DNA from: Callorhinchus milii
Taxonomy: Eukaryota
Reading direction: 5' to 3'
Assembly (NCBI RefSeq): GCF_018977255.1
Contig: NW_024704742.1
Span: 24,244,001-24,308,000, forward strand
DNA: 64,000 nucleotides
Positions 62,971 to 64,000 of the stretch are shown piece by piece. A program made the translations under genes and the position numbers. Numbering within the stretch: the first letter of the stretch is position 1; every line of letters begins with the position of its first letter. The notes beneath the pieces were generated by a model, which saw only the letters and a program-made list of their open reading frames with translations, was not told the origin of the DNA and did no database searches.

Positions 62971-63288
62971 AATAATAATAATAATAATCGTTGCATTTGA
63001 TATAGCGCTTTTCACGTCGGGAGGACGTCCCAAAGCGCTTCACAGAACACACTGTAAAGTGAATTGACTGTATATTTGTGGGCGAACGCGGCAGCCAATT
63101 GCGCACAGCAATGTCCCACAAACAGTCGTAGATTGAAAATGACCAATTTAATTATTGTTTTTAGTTTTGGAGGGATTATTATTAGGCTCTGTGTGGAGTA
63201 AGGAAACTTGCCCAAGGTTTCGCCCTCTGCCTGGAATTGAACTCAGCTCTCTTGCTTGCAAAGCGAGTGCTCTAACCACTGAGCTACA
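62971..63288 (-). mobile_element. SINE family A young short subfamily (lacks the first ~7 nt)
   Basis: Near-identical to 6301-6621 and 54188-54515. Confidence 0.93.
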
Positions 63289-63848
63289 AAACTTTCTCTT
63301 CTGACAGCTGACCATGAGTCTTACTTCTGTTTAAATTAAAACACCAAGGTTTTTCTCTCTGGCCAACCAGTGAATTCAGCAGCTGATTTTTCTCTTGAAC
63401 TGACTTGACATCTGCTGCTGTATCTTTTTTTTCTTTTTGTGGGGGGGGAGAAGATCCTGTCGAATTCACTTTGCTTTTGATTTCCTTTCGAGTGGATGTT
63501 TTATTGGAACCAATAATCTGATCAATGTGTGTGTGTGTGTGGGGGGGGGGGGGGGAAGGATTTAAATCACAAGGTGGAAAGAAAGGTTGTAGTTCTGAAA
63601 GCAATTGCAACCTGTGATCCACACACACACACATTCACTCTCACCAGAGGAGTCAGGTTCACCTGGAAGCCCCTATGTTGTGAATTGGTCGTTTTTTTAA
63701 GGATTATTAGCAGATCGGAAACACTTTTCTTTTTTTTCTTCTTCCTTCCTTCCTTAAAAAAAATGTAGAAAGGCAGAAAAAAAGCTGCTGGTCGTTTGCC
63801 CCCTATAAAGTGTGAGGTTTTTATATTGATAGAAATATTAGAGGTGTC

Positions 63849-63978
63849 TGTGTGTGTGTGTGTGTGTGTGTGACTGTAGTAGTAATAATAATAATAATGA
63901 GCTTCGATCTGGAATAGTTAATTAATACAAATGAGTTAAGTGTTTGATAGAGAGGGAGAGAGAGGGAGAGAGAGAGAT
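63849..63978. repeat. Microsatellite cluster (TG)n, (TAG/TAA)n, (GA)n
   Basis: Direct reading of the sequence. Confidence 0.9.
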
Positions 63979-64000
63979 GAGATCAATACAATACAGACTG

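Noticed and set aside
63284..63634. 116-aa minus-strand ORF
   Set aside because: Built across microsatellites and homopolymers; no recognisable domain or splice structure.

Overview
Vertebrate genomic DNA. The repeat content (L2, CR1, Deu-type and AmnSINE2-like SINEs, Penelope-derived repeats) is most consistent with a cartilaginous fish such as a chimaera or elephant shark; this is an inference. The window holds most of one protein-coding gene on the + strand, arfaptin-1 (ARFIP1). Seven GT-AG coding exons (109, 96, 113, 222, 158, 175 and 156 nt, from 13556 to 44381) splice in frame to 342 aa ending ...GPSWLEEQ*. The first coding exon was not found and probably lies upstream of the window. 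The rest is intron or intergenic sequence densely filled with retroposons: a young tRNA-Ala/CORE-like/Deu-tail SINE, an older Deu SINE, ancient AmnSINE2-like copies, L2 and CR1 3' fragments, an unclassified poly(A)-tailed LINE, Penelope-type repeats carrying decayed hammerhead-ribozyme cores, and a Tigger-like MITE. Nearly all ORFs in the supplied track are spurious or TE-derived. I see no evidence for a wholly new multi-gene system. The best leads are SINE/LINE tail co-evolution with compensatory base changes, the hybrid SINE, the unclassified LINE, the ribozyme relics, loss of the PKD consensus around arfaptin-1 Ser132, and the splicing architecture around the 96-nt cassette exon. Repeat family names come from recalled consensus sequences and need Dfam/Repbase confirmation; repeat boundaries are approximate.
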